Shown here: positions 26,345-33,988 of the stretch, in pieces
Layout of the letters: each line of letters opens with the position of its first letter
How positions within the stretch are numbered: position 1 is the stretch's first letter
DNA from: an uncultured Bacteroides sp.
Lineage (GTDB): Bacteria; Bacteroidota; Bacteroidia; Bacteroidales; GCA-2748055
DNA: 64,000 bases
Assembly: GCA_964575865.1 (NCBI GenBank)
Contig: CAZNSZ010000002.1
Span: forward strand, 390 to 64,389
Reading direction: 5' to 3'
Made by a program: the position numbers and the translations under genes
The notes under the pieces: generated by a model
The model's input: only the letters and a program-made list of their open reading frames with translations
The model's database searches: none
What the model was told of the DNA's origin: nothing

Positions 26345-28051
26345 TCAGCGCCGCTCCCCGTAGAGCAGACGGTTCATTCCTTCCTGACCCGTCGCATCGG
26401 TCAGCTGCCTCTGGAGTTCCCGGAGCTTCTGGATGGGAAATGGAAAGGAAGAGCGCGGCCCACCGTCCATTTCCTGCAGGCTCCGGTTCCATAAGGCCGC
26501 ATTCCCGCCGGCGGCAGGCACAGGCTGTCCGCCCCCGTTGATGCATCCGTTCGGACAGGCCATGACCTCCAGGTAATCGAGCTGCACCTTTCCCTCTTTC
26601 AGCTCCCCGATCAGCCCGGCTGCGTTGGAAAGCCCGCTGACGGCCCCGGTCCGGTATCCGCCACCATCACTTTCCAGGAGCATTTCCCGGTAGGGCCGCT
26701 GCATTCTGAACCGGTGGAACTTTTTAAGATTCAAATGCTTACCTGTTTTCATCAGGTGCAGCAGCCTCATCACCGCCTCGGACTCCCCTCCCGCAAGGGC
26801 GGACATCCTGCCTGTGGCTCCGGCAGGCAACAACAGTGAAGCTTCAGGGTCAGGGTGCACCGAACCCGGATCAATGCCCAGCATGGCCACCAGCCTGATC
26901 ACCTCCCGGGCGGAGATCACAAGGTCGATGACCGGTTTCCCCTCCCAGGTATTGCGCTCCTCCAGGGCCTCCCTTTTGGCAGCGGTACAGGAGGTGACAA
27001 GGACCGATACCAGTTCCCGCGGGGATCCCCCTGTTCCGGTCATATGGTACTCCCTGATCACCCTTCCCATGACCTGCTGGGGCGAAAGCAGCGGGACCAG
27101 TGCAGCGGTCAGTTCCGGATCGGTCTGCTCCAGGTAGCGGACCCATGCCGGGCAAGAGGCGGAGATCAGGGGCCATTCTCCGTGAAGGGGGCCCCGGGTT
27201 TCAAGGAGCCGCGCCAGTTCCATGATCATGAGGGCAGTACCGGTAGTGGTTTCAAATACCCGGTCAAATCCGCACCGGTAAAGCAGCCCCCGGAAGAAAT
27301 CCGGAAGGGCTTTCCCCGGTTTGATATCCATCATGGACGAAACAGAAGCGGCCGAGGCAGGGGTAAACTGAACCGCCACCTCTTTACCGGGATCATTCAG
27401 GAAATCCAGCAACTGTTCCAGTGCGGATTTCTCTGTGAGGGCCGCCGTCGGACAGGAGACCAGGCACTGCCCGCAGGAGGTGCAGTTTGAAAACTGAACC
27501 GGCTGCCCGAGGGTCGTGCTGATCCTCATTTCGTTCCCCCGGAAGGCAAAATCAAAGGTGGAGGTGTTCATGATCTCCTCACATACCCGGACACAGCGAC
27601 CGCACAGGATGCATTTGGAGGGATCCCTGACCACCGCCGGATCCGATTGGTCCCTGGGCAGATGCCGTTTGGTCCCGGGAAGCTGCCTTCGCCGGATATT
27701 CATCTCCTCCGCAAGTGCCTGCAATTCGCACGTACCGTTCCGGTCACAGTAGAGGCAGTCATCCGGGTGATTGGACAGGAGCAGCTCCACGTTGGTCCTT
27801 CTGGCCTTCATCACCCTGGGCGAGTGGGAGGTGACCGAGATGGGTCCTTCGAGGGAGAACGAGCAGGAGGGGACCAGCCTGTCCAGCCCCTCCACTTCCA
27901 CCACGCAAAGCCTGCAGGCACCCGAGGGAGATAATCCCTCCATGCTGCAGAGGGTCGGCACCCGGAGCCCTGCCCGTCTCAGCACGGTGAGGAGGGTCTC
28001 CCCTTTCTGTGCCCTGTGGCCCGTTCCGTTTACCGTCACTGTGATCTCCAT
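26345..28051 (-). CDS. [FeFe]-hydrogenase large subunit (HydA-like) with non-canonical H-domain motifs
   Basis: The N-terminal 2Fe-2S fold starts MEITVTVNG.... It also has the His-ligated cluster HPDDCLYCDRNGTCE and two 4Fe-4S motifs (CILCGRCVRVC, CTSCGQCLVSCP). The H-cluster motif P3 is intact (EVMACPNGCINGGGQP). P1 reads SASCPAW instead of TSCCPxW, and P2 reads TSCTAAKRE instead of MPCxxKKxE. Confidence 0.85.
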   Translation of the reverse strand: MEITVTVNGTGHRAQKGETLLTVLRRAGLRVPTLCSMEGLSPSGACRLCVVEVEGLDRLVPSCSFSLEGPISVTSHSPRVMKARRTNVELLLSNHPDDCLYCDRNGTCELQALAEEMNIRRRQLPGTKRHLPRDQSDPAVVRDPSKCILCGRCVRVCEEIMNTSTFDFAFRGNEMRISTTLGQPVQFSNCTSCGQCLVSCPTAALTEKSALEQLLDFLNDPGKEVAVQFTPASAASVSSMMDIKPGKALPDFFRGLLYRCGFDRVFETTTGTALMIMELARLLETRGPLHGEWPLISASCPAWVRYLEQTDPELTAALVPLLSPQQVMGRVIREYHMTGTGGSPRELVSVLVTSCTAAKREALEERNTWEGKPVIDLVISAREVIRLVAMLGIDPGSVHPDPEASLLLPAGATGRMSALAGGESEAVMRLLHLMKTGKHLNLKKFHRFRMQRPYREMLLESDGGGYRTGAVSGLSNAAGLIGELKEGKVQLDYLEVMACPNGCINGGGQPVPAAGGNAALWNRSLQEMDGGPRSSFPFPIQKLRELQRQLTDATGQEGMNRLLYGERR

Positions 28052-28067
28052 GGTTTATCCTTTGCTC

Positions 28068-29993
28068 CTATTGATAATATACCGCTGTAAATTTGCAGAC
28101 TTCATAACAGATGCCGCACCCTATGCACTTCTCCTGCACGATGAAATAAGGGTGCCTCGGCGTACCGATGATCGCTTCGGCGGGGCACTTTTTCGCGCAG
28201 ATGGAGCACCCGGTACAGAGGTCCACATCGATGAACCATTTTCTCAGTTCCTTGCACTGATTGGTGGCACAGCGGCGGTCGAACAGGTGCTCTTCGAATT
28301 CCTTCCTGAAGTGGGTAAGGGCACTCACCACAGGATTGGGCGCATTCTGCCCAAGTCCGCACAGGGAGGTATCCCTCATCACCCCGGCCAGTTCTTCCAG
28401 CTGGACCACCGTCCGGAACCGGTCCAGCTCACCGGTTTCCCCGCTGGTGGCAGTTTTGCGGGTCAGGCTGCCCATGATCTCCGCCATCCGGCGTGTTCCC
28501 TCCCGGCAGGGGATGCATTTTCCGCAGCTCTGCATATCCACATACTCCATGAAATACCGCGTGGTATCGACCACACAGCTCCGGTCATCCAGTACCAGGA
28601 TCCCCCCCGAACCCATCACCAGCCCTTTTGATTTCAGGTTCTCATAGGAAATGGGGATATTCATCAGCCGGGGCGGCACCACACATCCCGCCGGTCCCCC
28701 CACATGGATGGCCTTCAGGCTGCGTCCCTTCCTGACGCCTCCTGCCATGTCCTGGATAATGGTCCGGTAGGTGGTCCCCATGGGGACCTCCACCAGGCCG
28801 GTGACCCTGGCCCTGCCTGCGATGCTGAACAGTTTGGTGCCGGTGCAGTGGCTGAGCCCGACAGAACGGAACCATTGGGGACCATTCCTCACAATGGCGG
28901 GCAAATTGGAGAGTGTTTCCACGTTGTTAACCACCGTGGGACGGCCCATGTACCCCGAAGTTGTCGGATAGGGTGGTTTGGTAGAGGGCATGCCCCTCCG
29001 GCCCTCCAGGCTGGCAATCAGGGCAGTCTCCTCCCCGCAGACAAAAGCTCCCGGACCCTTCCGGAGCGAGATCTGGAGGGTATACCCGCTATCCATGATG
29101 TTGTCTCCCAGCCATCCGGCCTCCCTCAGGGTCAGGATGGCCTGGGTAATGCGTTCAACCGCTTCCCTGTATTCGCTGCGGATGTAGATATATGCCCGGT
29201 TGGACCCGATGGCATAGGCGGCAATGGCGATCCCTTCCAGCAGCTGATAGGGATTTCCCTCCATGAGGGTCCGGTCCGTAAAGGCTCCCGGATCGCTCTC
29301 CTCCGCGTTGCATATGAGGTATTTCTGGTCCGAAGGCATGCCATAAGCCTCCTTCCATTTCAGACCTGTGGGGTATCCCCCTCCGCCCCTTCCCCGAAGA
29401 CCGCTCTCCACCACCAGGCCGCATACCTCTTCGAAGGTCCTGTTCCGGATGATCCCCAGGAAGGCCGAATATCCCCCCCCGGCCACATACGCTTCCAGCG
29501 ATCCCGGATCGATGAGGCCGCAGTGCTCCATCACGATCCGTTTCTGAACGGCAAAAAACGGATGTTCGTCCAGAAAAGGGATTCCGGGCCACGGTTCCTG
29601 TTCCTCCTCCCGGATCTGGCCGATGACCTGCTGGCGGGGCACCACATGGTGGAACACATCGTCAAGGAGGGCCTCCACCTTCTGAGCGGTGATCTTTCCA
29701 AAGAGCAGCCGGGTCCTTCCCGGCATCTGGACGGAGACCACCGGTTCCTCCGAATTCAATCCGATGCTTCCGGTCCGGCACAGCTCCGCTTTAACGGACC
29801 GTTCGGAAATATACTGTTCCACAGCCTGCCAGGTATCCAGGGCCCCTGCCACCCTGCCGGGGGTGGAACAATCGACCATGATCAGGGGATGTTGCACGAG
29901 GGTCCGGTTCAATAGAGCCCTTCTCTCCCGGTCGTCCTGTGTAAGTCCGTCTTCCCCGGCCAGGGCCATTTTCACCAGGAATTCCCTATCCAT
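28068..29993 (-). CDS. NuoF-like flavoprotein subunit of hydrogenase (HydB/HndC type)
   Basis: Has the FMN/NAD site GLRGRGGGGYPTGLKW, the NuoF 4Fe-4S motif SCGKCIPCREG ... LCGLGQ, and a C-terminal 2x[4Fe-4S] ferredoxin (CTGCSICAKKCP, CIGCGICYEVC). The N-terminal thioredoxin-like domain lacks the usual Cys set. Confidence 0.9.
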   Translation of the reverse strand: MDREFLVKMALAGEDGLTQDDRERRALLNRTLVQHPLIMVDCSTPGRVAGALDTWQAVEQYISERSVKAELCRTGSIGLNSEEPVVSVQMPGRTRLLFGKITAQKVEALLDDVFHHVVPRQQVIGQIREEEQEPWPGIPFLDEHPFFAVQKRIVMEHCGLIDPGSLEAYVAGGGYSAFLGIIRNRTFEEVCGLVVESGLRGRGGGGYPTGLKWKEAYGMPSDQKYLICNAEESDPGAFTDRTLMEGNPYQLLEGIAIAAYAIGSNRAYIYIRSEYREAVERITQAILTLREAGWLGDNIMDSGYTLQISLRKGPGAFVCGEETALIASLEGRRGMPSTKPPYPTTSGYMGRPTVVNNVETLSNLPAIVRNGPQWFRSVGLSHCTGTKLFSIAGRARVTGLVEVPMGTTYRTIIQDMAGGVRKGRSLKAIHVGGPAGCVVPPRLMNIPISYENLKSKGLVMGSGGILVLDDRSCVVDTTRYFMEYVDMQSCGKCIPCREGTRRMAEIMGSLTRKTATSGETGELDRFRTVVQLEELAGVMRDTSLCGLGQNAPNPVVSALTHFRKEFEEHLFDRRCATNQCKELRKWFIDVDLCTGCSICAKKCPAEAIIGTPRHPYFIVQEKCIGCGICYEVCKFTAVYYQ

Positions 29994-30450
29994 GCTCCCC
30001 CTCCCCGTAAAGACTGATGAGCTCCCGGAGCTCCCGGAGGGTCACCCCCGTGTAATAGGTGCCATTCAGGGAGAGCACGGGTGAGTGCCCGCAGGCACCG
30101 ATACAGGACTGGATCTCCAGGCTGAAGCGTCCGTCACGGGTGGTCTGCCCGTCGCCGATCCCCAGCCACTTGGTGATCTCGTCAAGGAGATCCCCGGATC
30201 CCGAAAGGTGGCAGGAAGTACCGTTGCACACCAGGATATGGATTTTTCCCTTGGGACTGAAAGTGAACTGGTTATAAAAAGTGGCCAGTCCGTACACCTT
30301 GCTGGGGGGGAGGGCGAGGTGCGTGCCGATCCGGTGGACCGCCTCCTCGGGAATGTAGCCGAAGGCATCCTGAACAGCCTGCAGGATGGGTACCAGCGCA
30401 TTTCTCTTCACCCGGGGGTACCGTTCAAGGATTTCCTCCAGCTTGTTCAT
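29986..30450 (-). CDS. NuoE-like [2Fe-2S] subunit of hydrogenase (HydC/HndA type)
   Basis: Has the family motifs LVPILQAVQD, VCNGTSCHLSG and SCIGACGHSPV. Start is placed at ATG 30450; the ORF-track GTG 30459 is also possible. Confidence 0.9.
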   Translation of the reverse strand: MNKLEEILERYPRVKRNALVPILQAVQDAFGYIPEEAVHRIGTHLALPPSKVYGLATFYNQFTFSPKGKIHILVCNGTSCHLSGSGDLLDEITKWLGIGDGQTTRDGRFSLEIQSCIGACGHSPVLSLNGTYYTGVTLRELRELISLYGEGEHG

Positions 30451-30480
30451 GTGATTCACAATTCAGGTAAATATATTGAA

Positions 30481-30488
30481 TATGTTTG
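30481..30488 (+). promoter_or_regulatory. -7 promoter box TATGTTTG (TAnnTTTG) for the divergent sensor operon
   Basis: Exact match, about 50 nt upstream of ATG 30540 in the divergent hydC / ferredoxin intergenic region. Confidence 0.4.
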
Positions 30489-30503
30489 TTATTCAGCAAA
30501 CAA
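30486..30503. promoter_or_regulatory. Candidate Rex operator in divergent hydrogenase promoter region (TTGTTAT-TCAG-CAAACAA)
   Basis: An 18-bp imperfect palindrome matching 15 of 18 positions of TTGTTAAnnnnTTAACAA. It overlaps the TAnnTTTG box and lies between hydC (30450) and the 2Fe-2S gene (30540). Confidence 0.35.
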
Positions 30504-30539
30504 TACAATAATTTATTACCTTTATCCAGTTCCGGACCG

Positions 30540-30833
30540 ATGGCAGCCACAAAGAAAGAAATAATGATCTGCATGGGCAGTTCCTGCTTCAGCAGGGGAA
30601 ACAGGGGCAGCCTGCCCATGATCCAGAAATACCTCAGGGAACACGGGCTGGAGGGGGAGGTGATCCTGAAGGGGAACCACTGTTTCAGCAATTGCAGCGA
30701 GGGACCGGTACTGAAAATCGGCGGGAAGATCTACACCCGCGTCACGGGTGAACGGATCCCCGGGATCATGGAGAATGAATTCGGAGCATCAAAACCAGCA
30801 GAGGATGGAACCCCTTCTGACAATCAGCAGTGA
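30540..30833 (+). CDS. Thioredoxin-like [2Fe-2S] ferredoxin domain protein
   Basis: Start at ATG 30540 (MAATKKEIMICMGSSCFSRGN). The Cys pattern is CMGSSC ... CFSNC followed by EGPVL. It is about 97 aa. Confidence 0.8.
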   Translation: MAATKKEIMICMGSSCFSRGNRGSLPMIQKYLREHGLEGEVILKGNHCFSNCSEGPVLKIGGKIYTRVTGERIPGIMENEFGASKPAEDGTPSDNQQ

Positions 30834-32664
30834 GACCTGTGTGGCCTGTTATGCCTGTGTACGCTCCTGTCCGGTAAAGGCCATCCGCGTACAGCAGGAC
30901 AAAAGCCACCCGGAGATCATCCCGGGACGGTGCATCGGGTGCGGAAGCTGCCTGGCAGCCTGCAGTCCCGGTGCCATTCTGATCCGGAACAGCCGTGATG
31001 AACTGAAGCGGTTGCTGCAGGGTGACCTCCCGGTAGCGGCCCTGGTGGATCCCTCCATTGCAGGGGAATTCCCCGACATCACCGATTACCGCAAATTCGT
31101 ACAGATGTTGCGGGCCCTCGGATTCGCATTCGTTCATGAGGTGGCCTACGGGGTCGATCTGGTGGCCCGGGCTTACAGGCAGTTATTCTCAGATTCCAGG
31201 GGCAAGTATTACCTCATGTCCAACGATCCGGTCACGGTATCCTATGTGGAGAAATACAAACCGGGCCTGGTTTCCAACCTGGCACCCATCCTGCCGCCTG
31301 TCGCTGCCACCGCGGCAGCGGTGCGCAGGCGGATGAAGGAGGAGGCGCGGTTCGTTTACATCAGCCCGCTGATCGCCAGCAAGGACGAGATCGCCCGGTT
31401 CGGCGGAGAGAGCCGGGTCGACCTGGCCATCACGTTCGTGGAACTGCGGGAGATGTTCAGGGAGGCGGGGATCAACGAAACAGACCTGGAATACAGCGAT
31501 TTTGATCCACCCCTGGGATACAGGGGATCTTTCTTCCCCCTGGCCGCGGGCATCCTCCAGGCAGCGGGCATCCCGGAGGACCTTACCCGGAGCAGGGTGG
31601 TCACCGTCGAGGGGGAAGGGATCCTGAAAGCCATCGACGAGTTCGGGGAGAACATCAGGTTCATCAAACAGCACTTCAACTTGTTCTACAAGGAGTTCCT
31701 GATGGGAAGGGGGACCAGCATGGGCGGAAGAAGGATCCTTCGCAGGAGCCAGCTGCTCAGCTACGTGAACAAGCGGATGAAAACACTGGAAGTGAGCGCA
31801 TGGGAACAATGGATGGAAGATGATGCCGACCTGGACCTTTCCAGGACCTTCCAACCCGATGACCAGTCCCTTCCTGAACCTGACAGCGAGGTGGTCGCCG
31901 CCATCCTCAGGGAGCTGGAGCTGAAAGTGGGGACCAACCAGGGCTGTGGCGCTTGCGGGTATGCCAGCTGTGACGACTTTGCACGGGCCATTGCACAGGG
32001 GCTGGCCATTCCGGAGATGTGCACCACCTATTCCTCCCGGAACCGGCAGGAGCATATCCAGTCGCTTAAAATCACCAACGAGAAACTGGCACAGGCCCAG
32101 GAAGCACTTAAAAAATCGGAGAAACAGGCCAGGAAGGAGAAGGAAGCCGCCAGGGAAGCCTCGGAGATCGTCCACCGGATGCTTCACAAGCTTCCCTCTA
32201 TGGTGGTGATCTGTGACCAGCAGCTGAAAATCATTCACGCCAATGAGGGATTTATCCAGATGCTGGGCGAAGAGGCAATGGAAATCCACGAAGTGGTGCC
32301 CGGGCTGACCGGGGCCGATCTGAAAACCCTGCTGCCCTATCCGCTCTATACCCTGTTCAACTACGTACTGTCACAGCATGAACCGGTTACGAACCGGGAT
32401 GTGCAGTTCGAGGGCAAACTCCTCAATGTAAGCGTGTTCGTCATCGAGAAGGGAAAGATCGTGGGTGCGGTGATGAGGGATATGTCGGCTCCGGAGGTCC
32501 AGAAAGAGGAGGTGGTCAAACGGCTCACCGAAGTGATCGATAAAAACCTGGGGCTCGTTCAGCAGATCGGTTTCATCCTGGGAGAGGGAGCGGCGGAGAC
32601 CGAAAGGATGCTGAACTCGATCATCAGCTCATACCGGCAGAAAGGGGATACCACGGAGCCATGA
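30805..32664 (+). CDS. HydS-like sensory hydrogenase homologue (2x4Fe-4S + Fe-hydrogenase-like domain + 4-Cys domain + PAS) lacking H-cluster cysteines
   Basis: Has CVACYACVRSCP and CIGCGSCLAACSP, then a hydrogenase-like core (LVDPSIAGEF ... LRALGFAFVHEVAYGVDL). The equivalents of P1, P2 and P3 read MSNDPVTV, ISPLIASKDE and EFLMGRGTSMGG. Then come CGACGYASCDDFARAI, a coiled coil and a PAS-like domain. The start is uncertain (30748-30805). Confidence 0.8.
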   Translation: MEPLLTISSETCVACYACVRSCPVKAIRVQQDKSHPEIIPGRCIGCGSCLAACSPGAILIRNSRDELKRLLQGDLPVAALVDPSIAGEFPDITDYRKFVQMLRALGFAFVHEVAYGVDLVARAYRQLFSDSRGKYYLMSNDPVTVSYVEKYKPGLVSNLAPILPPVAATAAAVRRRMKEEARFVYISPLIASKDEIARFGGESRVDLAITFVELREMFREAGINETDLEYSDFDPPLGYRGSFFPLAAGILQAAGIPEDLTRSRVVTVEGEGILKAIDEFGENIRFIKQHFNLFYKEFLMGRGTSMGGRRILRRSQLLSYVNKRMKTLEVSAWEQWMEDDADLDLSRTFQPDDQSLPEPDSEVVAAILRELELKVGTNQGCGACGYASCDDFARAIAQGLAIPEMCTTYSSRNRQEHIQSLKITNEKLAQAQEALKKSEKQARKEKEAAREASEIVHRMLHKLPSMVVICDQQLKIIHANEGFIQMLGEEAMEIHEVVPGLTGADLKTLLPYPLYTLFNYVLSQHEPVTNRDVQFEGKLLNVSVFVIEKGKIVGAVMRDMSAPEVQKEEVVKRLTEVIDKNLGLVQQIGFILGEGAAETERMLNSIISSYRQKGDTTEP

Positions 32665-33845
32665 GCGATCCGGTCTATATTGAGGTGGCCTGTGAACAGC
32701 GCAACTTCGGCGGAGAACGCATCTGCGGGGACGTATTCATCAGCAGGAAGGTCAAGGAGGAGAACCGGACCATTGTGGTGCTTTCCGACGGCATGGGGCA
32801 CGGGGTCAAGGCCAATGTGCTGGCCACCCTGACAGCCACCCTGGCGGTAAATTTCACCATGGAGCACAAGGCGGTGGACAGGATCGCCGACATGATCATG
32901 AATACCCTCCCGGTCTGCAGTGAGCGGAAGATGAGTTATTCCACCTTTACCATCGTGGATATCGAGCACGAGGGGCCCACCTCCATCCTGGAGTTCGACA
33001 ACCCACGGGCCATCATCATCCGTGACGGAAGATCCCTGGAACCGGGCTGGAAGAAGGTGGTCATCTCCCAGGGGAAGAACAGGGGCAAGGAGATTTTCTC
33101 CTGCACCCTGTTCCCGGAAAAGGAAGACCGGATCATTCTCTGCACGGACGGGGTCACCCAGGCCGGACTGGGAACCGACCGTTTTCCGCTTGGATGGGGC
33201 CGGGAGCCGGTCCAGGAGTTTGCCCTGAAGCTGACCGCAGACACCCCCCACCTCTCTGCAGACAACCTGGCATTGAAACTGGTGAACATGGCCCACGAAT
33301 TTGACCAGTACAATTCCAGGGACGATACCAGCTGTGCCGCCATCTACTTCAGGGAACCCAGGAAACTGCTGGTGGTGACCGGTCCCCCGTATGAGCTGGC
33401 CGATGACCGGCGGCTGGGGGAGACGGTCCGGCAGTTCCAGGGCAGGAAGGTGATCTGCGGGGCCACCACCGCCGACATTATTGCCAGGGAGCTGGGGCTG
33501 GAGATCGAGGACAGCCTGGTCTTCGATGATCCGGAACTCCCTCCCGTCTCCCGCATGGAGGGGATCGACCTGGTTACCGAGGGGATCCTCACCCTGACCA
33601 AGGTCACCCGGATCCTGAAAGCTGCGCCTCCCCCCTCCGCACCCGGGAAAGGACCGGCCGAGCTCATCGTCAGGCTGCTGAGACAGAGCGACCAGATCCA
33701 TTTCCTCATCGGAACCCGGGTGAATGTGGCCCACCAGGATCCCAGCCTTCCGGTCGACCTGGAACTCAGGAGAACCGTGGTGAACCGCATGGCCCGCGAA
33801 CTGGAGGAGCGGTACCTGAAAGAGGTGACCATCCGCTATATCTGA
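32661..33845 (+). CDS. PP2C/SpoIIE-family serine phosphatase with C-terminal extension
   Basis: Has GDVFISRK ... VVLSDGMGHGVKAN ... ILCTDGVTQAG ... DDTSCAAIYF, the PPM metal-binding pattern. There is a 4-nt overlap with the upstream gene. I do not recognise the C-terminal ~170 aa. Confidence 0.85.
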   Translation: MSDPVYIEVACEQRNFGGERICGDVFISRKVKEENRTIVVLSDGMGHGVKANVLATLTATLAVNFTMEHKAVDRIADMIMNTLPVCSERKMSYSTFTIVDIEHEGPTSILEFDNPRAIIIRDGRSLEPGWKKVVISQGKNRGKEIFSCTLFPEKEDRIILCTDGVTQAGLGTDRFPLGWGREPVQEFALKLTADTPHLSADNLALKLVNMAHEFDQYNSRDDTSCAAIYFREPRKLLVVTGPPYELADDRRLGETVRQFQGRKVICGATTADIIARELGLEIEDSLVFDDPELPPVSRMEGIDLVTEGILTLTKVTRILKAAPPPSAPGKGPAELIVRLLRQSDQIHFLIGTRVNVAHQDPSLPVDLELRRTVVNRMARELEERYLKEVTIRYI

Positions 33846-33914
33846 TTTACCGCGCCCGGACCCGCATTCCTGCACGCCCTTCACCCGAGAACAAAACCGG
33901 GTACTGATACGTAT

Positions 33915-33922
33915 TATCTTTG
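33915..33922 (+). promoter_or_regulatory. -7 promoter box TATCTTTG (TAnnTTTG) upstream of lon
   Basis: Exact match. It argues that the ORF-track start at 33920 is not real and that lon begins downstream. Confidence 0.4.
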
Positions 33923-33988
33923 GCACGTTTATTGTCCTGTTGGACGGGTCCGCTCCGCCAGGAAGATCCTGACAGTTTGACGGACGGA

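Noticed and set aside
30443-30461. Rex-like sequence TTGTGAA-TCACA-TGAACAA (minus strand) overlapping the hydC start codon.
   Set aside because: It has one perfect half-site, but the spacer is 5 nt rather than 4 and the second half has two mismatches. It also overlaps coding sequence. The 30486-30503 site is a better candidate, so this one is not listed as a feature.
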